This document shows, in pieces, positions 1-11,491 of a stretch of 64,000 nucleotides of DNA (positions are counted from its first letter, which is position 1; every line of letters begins with the position of its first letter). A program made the translations under genes and the position numbers. This DNA is from Eledone cirrhosa (Eukaryota). The stretch lies in NCBI GenBank assembly GCA_964016885.1, contig OZ024762.1, positions 17,112,001 to 17,176,000 of the forward strand, written 5' to 3'. The notes below the pieces were generated by a model. The model was given only the letters and a program-made list of their open reading frames with translations, was not told where the DNA came from and did no database searches.

Positions 1-120
1 AACCACACCACCGTTGACACTGCTGGAGGTCTGAAAGCTGATGAGTGTGGCACTGTTATGAGGAAGGACAGGTCAGTTGGCCACGTAATCCTGTCTCACG
101 GCGGAACCATAGCTTTGGTG

Positions 121-918
121 CCTGGAACTGGATGGCACTGCTGTGAGGAGGGACACACCAGCTGGCTGTGCTGAGCCCTTCTCACAGCAGAACCACAGTC
201 TGGTAGCCTGGAACTGGATGGCACTGCTATGAGGAGGGACACACCAGCTGTCTGTGCTGAGCCCTTCTCACAGCAGAACCACAGTCTGGTAGCCTGGAAC
301 TGGATGGCACTGCTATGAGGAGGGACACACCAGCTGTCTGTGCTGAGCCCTTCTCACAGCAGAACCACAGTCTGGTAGCCTGGAACTGGATGGCACTGCT
401 GTGAGGAGGGACACACCAGCTGGCTGTGCTGAGCCCTTCTCACAGCAGAACCACAGTCTGGTAGCCTGGAACTGGATGGCACTGCTGTGAGGAGGGACAC
501 ACCAGCTGTCTGTGCTGAGCCCTTCTCACAGCAGAACCACAGTCTGGTAGCCTGGAACTGGATGGCACTGCTGTGAGGAGGGACACACCAGCTGTCTGTG
601 CTGAGCCCTTCTCACAGCAGAACCACAGTCTGGTAGCCTGGAACTGGATGGCACTGCTGTGAGGAGGGACACACCAGCTGGCTGTGCTGAGCCCTTCTCA
701 CAGCAGAACCACAGTCTGGTAGCCTGGAACTGGATGGCACTGCTATGAGGAGGGACACACCAGCTGTCTGTGCTGAGCCCTTCTCACAGCAGAACCACAG
801 TCTGGTAGCCTGGAACTGGATGGCACTGCTGTGAGGAGGGACACACCAGCTGTCTGTGCTGAGCCCTTCTCACAGCAGAACCACAGTCTGGTAGCCTGGA
901 ACTGGATGGTACTACTAT
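121..918. repeat. 86-bp minisatellite, about 9 copies
   Basis: CCTGGAACTGGATGGCACTGC recurs at 121, 207, 293 ... 895 with period 86 and near-identical units. Confidence 0.95.
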
Positions 919-1039
919 GAAGAATGCAGCAAGATAGAACCATCAGTAAGACCCCAATAAAAAGAAAAACACAAATAAACAGACAGGAGATAAACAGTGG
1001 ATAAATGCTAAGGTGAAGAAAAAATCTAGAACTAAGAAA

Positions 1040-2150
1040 AACAGAGACTCTGGAATAAGAAAGCCCAAGTACTTTGTAAGTTCTACAAGAAAGGGACTTG
1101 TTGGCATGGGGAAGCTGGGACACGTAGTTTTGCACACCTCAGACTCTATGCAAGATGTGCCCACCTTACTCATGCCAAGTACTGAAGCCAAAACCAACAC
1201 GTGCAAACAAAACAGCTGATAGGGTCACTGCTCAGGAAGTATGCTGAGCTTGTATGTACTGCCCCCGATGAAGAGGGGACAGTATGCAGAAGCAGGACAG
1301 ACTGTAGTTGTGGAACAATAGTCTTTTTTAACCCTTTAGCATTTAAACCGGCTGTATCCGGCCAGAATTTTCTCAACTCTTTCTGTTCAAACCGGCTGTA
1401 ACTGGCCACTCATACTGATGATAAGGTATTTTTCTCAAAATAAATATCAAAATCTCATAGAATTGATATTATGTGAGATACTGTGTGAGGTAAAGCCTTT
1501 ACTGTGAAAATACAATAGTATATATAGAGTAATGTAAATGTTATGTGAGGTAAAGCCTTTACTGTGAAAATACAATAGTATATATAGAGTAATGTAAATG
1601 TTATGTGAGGTAAAGCCTTTACTGTGAAAATACAATAGTATATATAGAGTAATGTAAATGGTAAAGGGTTAAACATGGCAGAAAAGATTGTGAGACAGCT
1701 GAGTTGGCTCCATCAAATATAAAGCCAAAGTCAGTCACATCAACATTCATGATCCCCACAAATAAAGGAGCCAGGGTGGTCACCACTGATACCCACACAA
1801 ATGCCATTTCAGCAGCCCCCACTGACACCACAAATGTCATACCAGTGCTACTACTAAATGTCAGAGGGCTGGTAAAACTGACCAACATGTATGAGATCTA
1901 CCTACCAAAGAGACCTAGCCTCAAACAATATGCATGACACTAACTGAAACTCACCTGACAGCTAGGATGGCAGATGTGGAGATAGACATACCAAAGTATG
2001 TTGTATTTCGTACTGACAGGATGGGGAGAACTCATTAGTATTGTAGATAGCCTGAAAAGGATTTAGGAAGAACTTCTGAAGCAAAACTGGACTGACAGTC
2101 TCTCTGTGGAAGATGTCAACATACAACTTGAACAATTCATGGAAATAATA
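1040..2150 (+). pseudogene. Decayed CR1/L2-like LINE fragment (CCCH-like ORF1 remnant and APE endonuclease start), interrupted by a MITE
   Basis: + strand reads CKFYKKGTCWHG..SFAH (~1076), VLLLNVRGL (~1845), LTETHL..DVEIDIPKYVVFRTDR.GR (~1940-2030) and LLKQNWTDSLSVEDVNIQLEQF; stops, frameshifts and a deletion are present. Confidence 0.7.
1332..1668. mobile_element. piggyBac-type MITE with internal 60-bp tandem triplication
   Basis: TTAA on both sides (1328-1331, 1669-1672); TIR CCCTTTAGCATTTA / TAAATGGTAAAGGG; 60-bp unit x3 at ~1482-1660. Confidence 0.8.
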
Positions 2151-2292
2151 CGTTTCCTTTCCCTTGGAAAACATCGGTGACATGGAGAGGGGAGACTGGT
2201 TTACATGGGTAACTGTGTCACAGCTCACACCTATGCAGGTTTAGCTGGCCTCCTCCAAGGCATATCTCGTTGGAGGAGTCTTGGGTAATTTA

Positions 2293-2458
2293 ATGATAGA
2301 AACCCCAGTCCCTATCATCTAAGTTCTTCAGCTGAGTAAACTGGAGAAACGTGAAATAAAGTGTCTTGCTCAAGGAAACAACACATCACCCGGTCCGAGA
2401 ATTGAACTCACAACCTTTCGATTGCAACCCCAATGCTCTAACCACTAAGCCATGCGCC
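2293..2458 (-). mobile_element. tRNA-derived SINE family A (5' part)
   Basis: Reverse complement begins GGCGCATGGCTTAGTGGTTAGAGC (A box) with GTTCAATTC (B box); matches 3960-4125. Confidence 0.85.
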
Positions 2459-3166
2459 TGCTGGTCTTTCACAGACAAACCTTGCCCAGGCTTGTGCCTC
2501 AGTAGGGAACATTCTATGTGCAACACCATGGTCATTAGTGGGACCATAAAGATATATCTATACATAATATAAAAGAGAGATGTTTGTTGGTTGGTTCCTT
2601 CGTGCATCACACAAAAACAAATAGTGACAATGGAAAAGTAAGTACAGCAATGGTATCAAGATATACCCATGGAATCAGGGTATACCCAGGAAGGTTTATT
2701 GATACTCATTTTATAAAAGCGAAGAAAAATATCCTGAGTAAACTAACCAACCCGACTGCTATTTCTAGCAGGTTGGGAGACAACCATAAGGGATTCTCTC
2801 TGCGTTGTCAGTGATGCTTGTGTTTCACAACCAGCGTCTCCATGGAATCGAAAATTGGTTTACACACACATATTTACATATAATTATCTAAAAAAAAGAC
2901 ATCCTTCTACTCGTGTGTCTTTTTTTTTCCTGCTGGGTGCATATTACAAAATTGAATTTCACCATTCTCATAACAACAACAAATGCATGAATTACATCTT
3001 TATTGCATGGAAGAACCGTTGAAATAATTATAAGGAATAAACGATTTATGTAACATCATCTTTATTAATGTTATTATTATACTGAAGCTCCATCGTAACT
3101 ACAAACTACGGATGTTGAGAGCTTTCTCCTGCTTGCTCCTGTTTTTTACCAAAGCAATCTCTTCGG

Positions 3167-3216
<50 letters not shown>

Positions 3217-3479
3217 CAAGCAAATTATAAACGTAAACATGTAAGTATGTTTTTGAAACAGTGCGCGAGTTTGAAATTAGAAATTAGAAATTATAAGCTT
3301 TCACCGTATTTTAGACTAAAGAAATTTCTAGCCTGATAGTGGGGTTTATAACCCTCGGAGAAATGGAAAAAGATGAGTGTTGACGGCAGCACTCATCTTT
3401 TTCCATTTCTCCGAGGGTTATAAACTCCACTATCAGGCTAGAAATTTCTTTAGTCTAAAATACGGTGAAAGCTTATAAT
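3217..3479. mobile_element. Fold-back element with ~93-bp arms (3290-3479) plus tail to (TA)n
   Basis: Near-perfect inverted repeat with a tiny loop at ~3383-3387; same asymmetric design as the ribozyme-bearing fold-backs, but no canonical core found. Confidence 0.75.
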
Positions 3480-3482
3480 ATA

Positions 3483-3665
3483 TCATCATCATCATCATCA
3501 TCATCAACGTTTAACGTCCGTGTTCCACGCTTGCATGGGTTTGGACAGGGGTATTCCCACTTGAGGCAAGAGTGATTGTCTTGCTCGCATAGGACTGTCT
3601 GGCAGGTTTTCTACAGTTGGATGCCCTTCCTAACACCAACCACATTTACAGTGTGGGTCTGGGAG

Positions 3666-3672
<7 letters not shown>
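3483..3672 (-). mobile_element. SINE/LINE 3' tail ending in (TGA)n
   Basis: Homologous to the tail at 4170-4300 and nearly identical to 49621-49813. Confidence 0.8.
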
Positions 3673-3703
<31 letters not shown>

Positions 3704-3708
<5 letters not shown>

Positions 3709-3872
3709 AAGAAAGTGTGGTAAGTAACCAGGTGGACCATAATGCACCAGAGTACTCAATACTTAGGGTAGTAGAGTGGGGAATGGTAAAAGAATCAGGC
3801 CCCCGATGGCTGAGCTCCAGCCGTTTCGACAGCTAGATCCAAACTAAACCAGTAGTATGGTTTAGTTCGGAT
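3704..3872 (-). mobile_element. PLE-like family P1 3' end with partial hammerhead
   Basis: Matches P1 copies at 14023, 45441, 46758, 54061, 58587, 61023 and 61616; flanked by (TA)n. Confidence 0.8.
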
Positions 3873-3959
3873 GTATATATATACATATATACATGTGTAT
3901 ATATGTATATGTATATATATATATGTATATATGTAATGTATGTATATATATATATATAT

Positions 3960-4300
3960 GCACATGGCTTAGTGGTTAGAGCATTGGCCTTGCAATTGAA
4001 AGGTTGTGAGTTCAATTCTCAGACCGGGTGATGTGTTGTTTCCTTGAGCAAGACACTTTATTTCACATTGCTCCAGTTTACTCAGCTGTAGAAATGAGAT
4101 GATAGGGACTGGGGTCCCTATCATTCCACTGCAAAGTGGTCGTGGAGGTGCCACGGCAAAAAAGCACCCAGTACACACTGTAAATGAGGTTGGTGTTAGG
4201 AAGGGCATCCAGCTGTAGAAATCAAGCCAGAATCAGTTCCCGTCCCACCCTTGCAAGCAGGGAAACGTGGACGTAAAACGAAATGATGATGATGATGATG
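3960..4300 (+). mobile_element. Full-length tRNA-derived SINE family A with (TGA)n tail
   Basis: A/B boxes, CCTTGAGCAAGACACTTTA core, GGAAGGGCATCCAGC tail and terminal (TGA)n. Confidence 0.9.
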
Positions 4301-4650
4301 ATATACATACATAGTATCAGCAATTATAATAAATGTTGAACAACAACAACATATTACACTCTAGACTTGTTTTATTTCAGTATTTTGAGGTTTTTTTTTT
4401 TAATTTTTAGTTTTGTTTTGTATTCATTGTTATTCTCAGAAATCTTATGAACCTGCTCAGATCTTCTTTCTCTGGTGACATCTTTCGTTGTCAACATCTC
4501 CTTTGTCACAGACTCAGGTCTCGGGCACTTGAATTTCTGAATAACAATAATAATAATAATTTCTTAATTGGCCACAAGGGCCGACATATAGGGGACAATA
4601 CAATAGACGGAGGCTGTGGGGGAGGAAGGTACATATATATCAGTAATCGT

Positions 4651-5200
4651 GGTTTCTTATATAGGCACAAGGCCAGCAATTTGGGAGGAGAGTAAGGTCG
4701 ATTCAATCAACCCCAGTGCGTGACTGGTACTTTATTTTATTGACCCCGTAAGGATGAAAGGCAAAGTTAACCTCGGCGGGATTTGAACTCGGATCATAAA
4801 GGGCCGTAACTCTATTCTGTAAAACAGCGTCTGACCCTCTACCGATACTGCCAATCCACTGCCCTACATATATAATAATAATTGTTTCTACTTTAGGCAC
4901 AAGGCCAGCAATTACCACAGTACATTACTGGTACTTTATTTTATCGACCCCGTAAGGATGAAAGGCAAAGTTAACCTCGGCGGGATTTGAACTCAGAATG
5001 GCAAGGGCCGTAACCCTATGCGTCAAAGCATGGCGTCCGACCCTCTACTGATACTGGAACTCAGACCGTAAAGGGACGTAACTCTATGCGTCAAAGCATG
5101 GCGTCCGACCCTCTACCGACGCTGCCAATCCAATAATAATAATAATGGTTTCTGATTTAGGCACAAGGCGGAGGAAGGGAAAGTCGATTAAATTGACCCC
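4651..5200 (-). mobile_element. Cluster of Nin-domain tRNA-derived SINE family B copies
   Basis: Reverse complement has TGGCAGTATCGGTAG, GAGTTCAAATCCC and GCCTTTCATCCTTACGGGGTCGATAAAATAAAGTACCAG; two near-full and two partial copies. Confidence 0.9.
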
Positions 5201-5619
5201 CTGCAAGCATGGGTTAGACGGGTTGATTGCAAAGGTAAATAGTCATGTTTCTCTGTCTGCATTGGTACAGGTGATAGACTATTCTGGAAAGGGACGGATT
5301 CGATGTCAGAAGGTGAGTTCTTAGATCATCATCATCACCATCATCGTTTAACATCTATTTTCCACGCCAGCATGGGTTAGACGGGTTTGTCCCATTAGAG
5401 GTAAGTTAAGTCGGGTGACGATGTCTTGCTCATATAGGACTGTTTCTGGCTTGGTTTCTATGGCTGGATGTCCGTCCTAGCTTCAACAACCTTTACAGTG
5501 TGGACTGGGTGCTTTTTATTGTCACCTACACAACCACATTTACAGAATGTAAAACAAAGTTGACCTTGGTGGGATTTGAACTCAGAATGTAAAAAACCAG
5601 AACAAACGAAAGGCTTTAA

Positions 5620-5931
5620 CTTAAGGTCCCCAACCACTGGCCATAAACCAATATCACTCCATGGATCATTTGCTACCGGGCCACAAAGAAATAATTAACT
5701 TGTTTAAAATTATATAATAAATAAATTGAATATTGGACTTTAATTTTAAAAGATTCGTTTAAATATGCAATATTTAATAAATATGCAATATTTAATAAAT
5801 CGTTCTTTTTATTATTGCCCTCCTTATTGAAATACACTTAAATATCTCATATGTACAACTACTTGTCCATGGAAAGATTGTCCAGCATGAAGCCAGTCTG
5901 TCTGTGGTATAAAAAAGGTTGGAGACCACTG
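5620..5931. mobile_element. hAT-Charlie (MER1-like) MITE, decayed
   Basis: Ends GGTCCCCAACC ... GGTTGGAGACCACTG resemble Charlie-type TIRs. Confidence 0.55.
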
Positions 5932-6133
5932 CCCAAATATATTTTATTTTCCACAAGATGGATGAAGGAACATGCCAAACGGTTGGAGAAAGGGACTTTT
6001 AAAAAATAAACAATGAAACAAAATGAACACCCCACAAAAAAATGGCATGCAAAAAAAAAAAAGTGTAAATTTGGGGTACATCTCTCGAAGGACAACAGGG
6101 GTATCTCTATCTAGAACAAACCAAGGTGTAATA

Positions 6134-6555
6134 TGAGGGTTGGCTGAAAGGTTCATAGGCTGACCAAGATACTCTCATGGAATGACCAAATGAGGTTTAT
6201 TTTTCAACATAGTCCCTGGAAAGAAACAATGCAGTTATTAATAAGAAGAGATTTCACAGCTCTAGCATCACTTTTCATAGACTGACCAAGATACTCTCAT
6301 GGAATGACCAAATGAGGTTTATTTTTCAACATAGTCACTGGAAAGAAACAATGCAGTTATTAATAAGAAGAGATTTCACAGCTCTAGCATCACTTTTCAT
6401 AGACTGACCAAGATACTCTCATGGAATGACCAAATGAGGTTTATTTTTCAACATAGTCACTGGAAAGAAACAATGCAGTTATCAATAAGAAGAGATTTCA
6501 CAGCTCTAGCATCACATCTTCATAGTCAGCCTAGGACCTTTCCAGCTGACCCTCG
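6134..6555. mobile_element. mariner-type MITE with internal 122-bp triplication
   Basis: TA flanks; TIR TGAGGGTTGGCTGAAAGGTTCATAGGCTGAC / GTCAGCCTAGGACCTTTCCAGCTGACCCTCG; unit starts at 6161, 6283 and 6405. Confidence 0.8.
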
Positions 6556-6819
6556 TAGGTGTATATCTAAGATGAATGAAGATATAATAGGGGTATATTT
6601 ATCTATGATAAATTAGGGTCCAGAGGGTGTTTCTATCTTGGATAAACCAAGGTATAATTGGAGTATATCTATCTAGGATAAATCAAGGAACAATTAATTA
6701 GAATGTGACACCTGCTCTCCACCCTCGCCTTCCTCCTCTCAAACTAGAATTTGAAGAATTTGATGATGGCTGCACTATAGAGGCAAGTGTCTGTCTTCAA
6801 TTATTTCAATTTTGTCCAT

Positions 6820-7172
6820 TGTATAACTCCTTCGACTGTGACCAGCAGACAGAAGCCTACCTGCCCTTCCCAGAGGAAAAACTGCTTGCCTTTCCCAAAC
6901 AAAGGAAAAACTCCCTGCCCTTCTTAGACCAAGGGAAAACCGTCTGCCTTTCCCAGAGGAAAACAGCCTGTATAACTCCTTCCACTGTGACCAGCAGACA
7001 GAAGAAGCCTACCTGCCCTTCCCAGAGGAAAAACTGCTTGCCTTTCCCAAACAAAGGAAAAACTCCCTGCCCTTCTCAGACCAAGGGAAAACCGTCTGCC
7101 TTTCCCAGAGGAAAACAGCCTGCCCTTCTCAGACAAAGGAAAACTCCCTGCCCTTCCTAGACAGAGGAAAAT
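6820..7172. repeat. Local ~149-bp duplication made of ~30-bp subrepeats
   Basis: TGTATAACTCCTTC...CAGCAGACAGAAG at 6820 and 6969; CCTGCCCTTC/CAGAGGAAAA subunits. Confidence 0.8.
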
Positions 7173-7669
7173 TATCCAATATAATAGAATATTGTAAAAT
7201 GAATGAACAAATAAATATTGATTTATAAATAAAAACATTGTTGGTGTCACTCCTATATTCTCCTGGGGAGAGATGGGCTCCATCAGGTTTAAAATGATCA
7301 AGACACTGCCTCCACCAGGTGGCACTACTTAAGATTCCATCAGGAGTTAACTGCCCTTCACCTTTACTTTCTTACCAGTTTTACTATCAAAGTCTAAGAT
7401 AATCAGGAGTCTGCAATACAACATCTTTCCATCTGCCTTCTTCATTCTCTGCTGTATTACATCCTTCTTACATCCATCTGGAGTTTTAGAATAAGATCAA
7501 TTCCTTCCTGATATGGGAAATAAAATTAAAAAAACAACAACAACAACAAAAACAAAAAAACAACAATTATGATAAAATTATATTTCAACTTTTGAAAAAA
7601 TTAATTAAAAAAAATGTTTATATATATATATATATATATATATACAAACACACACACACATACACACAC

Positions 7670-7705
<36 letters not shown>

Positions 7706-7800
7706 GTATTTACATATGTATGTGTATATATCTATGTATGTATATACATATAAATAAATGTATATGTATATATATATATTTATTTATATATGTATATATA

Positions 7801-7858
<58 letters not shown>

Positions 7859-7859
7859 A

Positions 7860-7969
7860 TAATAATAAATTTGAAGACTAAAATCCAAAGAGGACTCGAT
7901 AAGGATAAATTTCAGAAGATCCCGTTAAGGGTTAAAGCAGCGATTCTTTGCTTAAACTTTAATCTGTTA

Positions 7970-7975
<6 letters not shown>
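7860..7975 (+). mobile_element. PLE-like 3' end with degenerate hammerhead between (TA)n tracts
   Basis: AATTT CAGAAGA TCCC-GTTAA-GGGT TAAAG CA..TG CTT AAAC; inverted homologue at 47110-47155 retains GAAAG. Confidence 0.55.
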
Positions 7976-8019
<44 letters not shown>

Positions 8020-8177
8020 TAAATAAATAAATTTATATATATATACATATATAAATAAATAAATATATATATATATATTTTCTTTTTTTTTTTCATGAAA
8101 TGAAAAAAAAATATATATACATATATAAATAAATATATATGTATATATATATATATATATACATATATAAATAAATA

Positions 8178-8245
<68 letters not shown>

Positions 8246-8551
8246 CACACATATATATATATGTATATGTAGAAAATATTTGTAGATGTGAAAAAGGAAA
8301 ATAGTACTAACTCAGGGAAGAGAGTTGATATATTATATTTATGTTCATACACAGAACAAAAGTGCTACCTAAGGTTTCAAGGCCCAATATTGACATGATC
8401 TTCAGGTGCTTAGAGAAAACACCTGAAGATTAGGTCACAGTTTTGCTCCTTCTTACAATCTGGTAGCGCTTTTGACTGTGTATGAGCATAAATAATATAA
8501 TATCGTATAATATAATATAATATAATATAACATATATATATATATATATAA

Positions 8552-8997
8552 TATAAAGTGCAAGGCAAGGGGTTATAATTCACTTCATTTATTCATAGTC
8601 GCTGTTATATATATTTCAGTGATAACTGTTATGTAATAGTTATGACCTCATCAGACAGCTAGGAGCTGAATAGACAAAACAGACCAATGTCACTGGTGCT
8701 TTGAGAAAGCAGTACCTGGGATATATCAATGAATTGAAACAACAAAAGTAAGTTTTATTTCTTTATGTTTTTTTTGGGTTTTTTCTGTTCAACTTCCAGC
8801 TTTTTTTATAAAAAAAAAAATATATATATATATATATTGTAATTTATTGTCGGAAATATACCAGTTATTTGTAATATTGATGTGTGAGTGTCTGTGTCGG
8901 TGAAATATAAACATATGCATCAAGTTCGAACACAAAGGAACCAAATTCCCACTGTCACTGCCCAAGTGAATTATAACCTGTTACCTTGCACTTTATA
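8552..8997. mobile_element. Element with ~34-bp terminal inverted repeats
   Basis: TATAAAGTGCAAGGCAAGGGGTTATAATTCACTT (8552-8585) versus AAGTGAATTATAACCTGTTACCTTGCACTTTATA (8964-8997). Confidence 0.6.
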
Positions 8998-9222
8998 ATT
9001 ATACCCCGGCGTAAACAAACCCTCTTGTGTATTTCGCCAAGTACTCTACCCTGCATACAAAAGTGTTGGTGATAACCTAACAAATTCTCTAATTATACAT
9101 CATCATTTTACGTCCGCTTTTCCCTGCTTGCAAGGGTGGGACGGGTCCTATTCAGCACAGCATCTCTCCACTTGTTTGTCACGGTCCTATGAACACAACA
9201 AATAAGAATAAGAATATATATG

Positions 9223-9256
<34 letters not shown>

Positions 9257-9257
9257 C

Positions 9258-9307
<50 letters not shown>

Positions 9308-9310
<3 letters not shown>

Positions 9311-9646
9311 GTGTGGGATGCTTAAAGCGTCCGTAAGCGGTAGGCCGTTTGAGCACTCGATGTTCTTACAGAGCAGAGTATAATATCACATAAGAAACGG
9401 AGAATCAGTGGTGCGACGAATTAAAATTTATTAGACACATCACAATCGTTTCTCTGGCGACCAACTCGAGGCACGATCGATGCGATGATCGAACCTGACT
9501 CTGAAATCGCAAGATCCTCAGATACGTCTTAATCTTTCGAAGCAGAGTTTCCACATCGTTCCTCGAACTGGTCGCCAGAGAAACGATTGTAATATGTCTA
9601 ATAAATTTTAATTCGTCACACGACCGATTCTCCGTTTCTTATGTGA

Positions 9647-9650
<4 letters not shown>
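9308..9650. mobile_element. PLE-like fold-back element with hammerhead
   Basis: ~95-bp imperfect arms (9384-9477 and 9555-9649), tail 9308-9383, (TA)n on both sides. Confidence 0.8.
9433..9529 (-). ncRNA. Type I hammerhead ribozyme with long stem II
   Basis: AGACGTAT CTGAGGA TCTTGCGAT..GTCGCCAGA GAAAC GATT GT(G/A) AT(G/A)TGTCT; 8-bp stem I; the partner arm has the GTA triplet. Confidence 0.65.
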
Positions 9651-9740
<90 letters not shown>

Positions 9741-10149
9741 CATACATACATACATATATATATATATATAAATGAAAGGTATAGAAATTGTTGTAGCGAG
9801 AAGCTAACAGTATTCCATAACATATATGCGACTATAGCGTCAACATGGGAAAAATAGTTAACGTAAGATGTAGGAAAAATAATACATATATATATATGTG
9901 TGTGTATGGAGAGAAGGAAAAAGATATATATATAGAGAGAGAAAGAGACAAACAAGCTGACAGAGACAAATATAAAAAAAATGAAATAGTTTGAGTCACC
10001 TCCCTTGCATAAATCAGTTTAAATATTTTTTTTTTAAACATTTTTACCAGAGTTGTCTCCCTTGAAAGACTGCAGCATATAATGTCCATGCATAGTCACT
10101 GTCACACGCACAAGAATCCATGAGTTTCCTAGTAACGTGCGACAGCGAC

Positions 10150-10245
10150 GAACATACGACACCGGAAGTGTCTGTGTTTTTTTTTGCTGTTTGTTTTTTG
10201 TTTGTTATTTTTTCTCTCTCAACATTAAATAGCCGCCATTTTTAG
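10150..10245 (-). promoter_or_regulatory. Housekeeping-promoter-like motifs (ETS/GABPA and YY1)
   Basis: CCGGAAGTG at 10162-10170; AAAATGGCGGC on the minus strand at 10232-10242; locally CpG-rich unique sequence. Confidence 0.4.
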
Positions 10246-10317
10246 TAAACATAATTGTTTCTTACACCTACAACAATTAAAAAAACAACAACAATATTTA
10301 AAACAGACAATAATAAT

Positions 10318-10506
10318 ATTTGTTTCTACTTTTGGCACAAGGCCAGCAAATACCCAGTGCATTACTGGTACTTTATTTTATCGACCCCGTAAGGATGAAA
10401 GGCAAAGTTAACCTCGGCGGGATTTGAATTCAGAATGGTAAGGGCCGTAACTCTATGCGTCAAAGCATGGCGTCCGACCCTCTACCGATACTGCCAATTC
10501 ACCGCC
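10318..10506 (-). mobile_element. SINE family B
   Basis: Near-identical to the other Nin-domain SINE copies. Confidence 0.9.
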
Positions 10507-10898
10507 CTTCCACAGACAATAATAATAATAATAAACAATAATATTTGTTATTTCTGGAAGATGAGACAAAAAAAAAAAAATGAACAGAACAAATAAATGA
10601 AAAAAAAATAAAATGAAAAATAAAATCATTCAGTTGTTTTAAACACTGTTGTGGTCTTGACCGCGGAGCGCCGCCCCAACACCTCCACACCATGGGCCTA
10701 GAGGCCATAACCCTCTCCCTCCCCTCTCATTATTCTGTGACCCGAGAGCCCTAGAGCCTGTTCCTTCCTTTTCCGTTTTCATAACCACAAAAGACACTTA
10801 CAATTTTATACAATAAAGATTTTTGTTGTTGTTGTTTAAACAATATATTAAATAACGTCATGTAAGTTTTTGACGTGAGTTTGTCTCCGGGATACTTA

Positions 10899-11457
10899 CG
10901 AGGAGACTTCAAAACGTTCGTGGAAAAGGTACATAGCTAAAAATCATATGAGATCAAAATCCCTATTTTGATCTCAATGCACCTGTAAGTTCTCATACTA
11001 ACGTGTCATAGCATGTTCTAACACGAAACCTTGACTGTATGTTGCAACACGGCACCGCCAGCCGGAAGTCAGCACACGCTCGAGTAACATGGCCTCCATC
11101 AAAACATCAAATTCATGGTGAAGTTAGGGTGGAAGAGCAGCCAAAACATTGACACTCTGGAACAGGTTTATGGAGGCAATGCCCCAAATAAATCAACAAC
11201 CTACAAATAGATAAGTAATTTTAGAAGTGGAAGAGATGAGGTTGAAGATGATCCCCAGTTGAAGATGTAAAAAAAGCTGCTTTGACATGGTTTAAATCGA
11301 ATGGCAGACGGTTTAAATCAAATGCAGATGTATTTAAAGGCTGGTATTAATGCTTGCGGAAGTGAAAATATATGGAGCATATATTTAAAATAAACATAAT
11401 CACTGAAACCGTTTTATCCTACTGTCCTTTTTCCACGAACTTTTTGAAGTCCTCGCG
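10899..11457 (+). mobile_element. Internally deleted Hsmar2-like (irritans) mariner
   Basis: TA flanks; TIR CGAGGAGACTTCAAAACGTTCGTGGAAAA / TTTTCCACGAACTTTTTGAAGTCCTCGCG; 11103-11256 reads NIKFMVKLGWKSSQNIDTLEQVYGGNAPNKSTTYK*ISNFRSGRDEVEDDP. Confidence 0.85.
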
Positions 11458-11491
11458 TATACATATATACAGCAGGTCCGAGCACAAAGGA

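Noticed and set aside
3290-3479. Hammerhead or pre-miRNA in the 190-bp hairpin
   Set aside because: No canonical CTGANGA core with a pairing stem I; near-perfect long arms fit a fold-back insertion rather than a miRNA.
3960-4030. tRNA gene
   Set aside because: A/B boxes continue into a SINE body and tail; multiple diverged copies; no intact cloverleaf established.
8620-8747. AG...GTAAGT-bounded exon on the + strand
   Set aside because: Stops in all three frames, and it lies within an inverted-repeat-bounded element.
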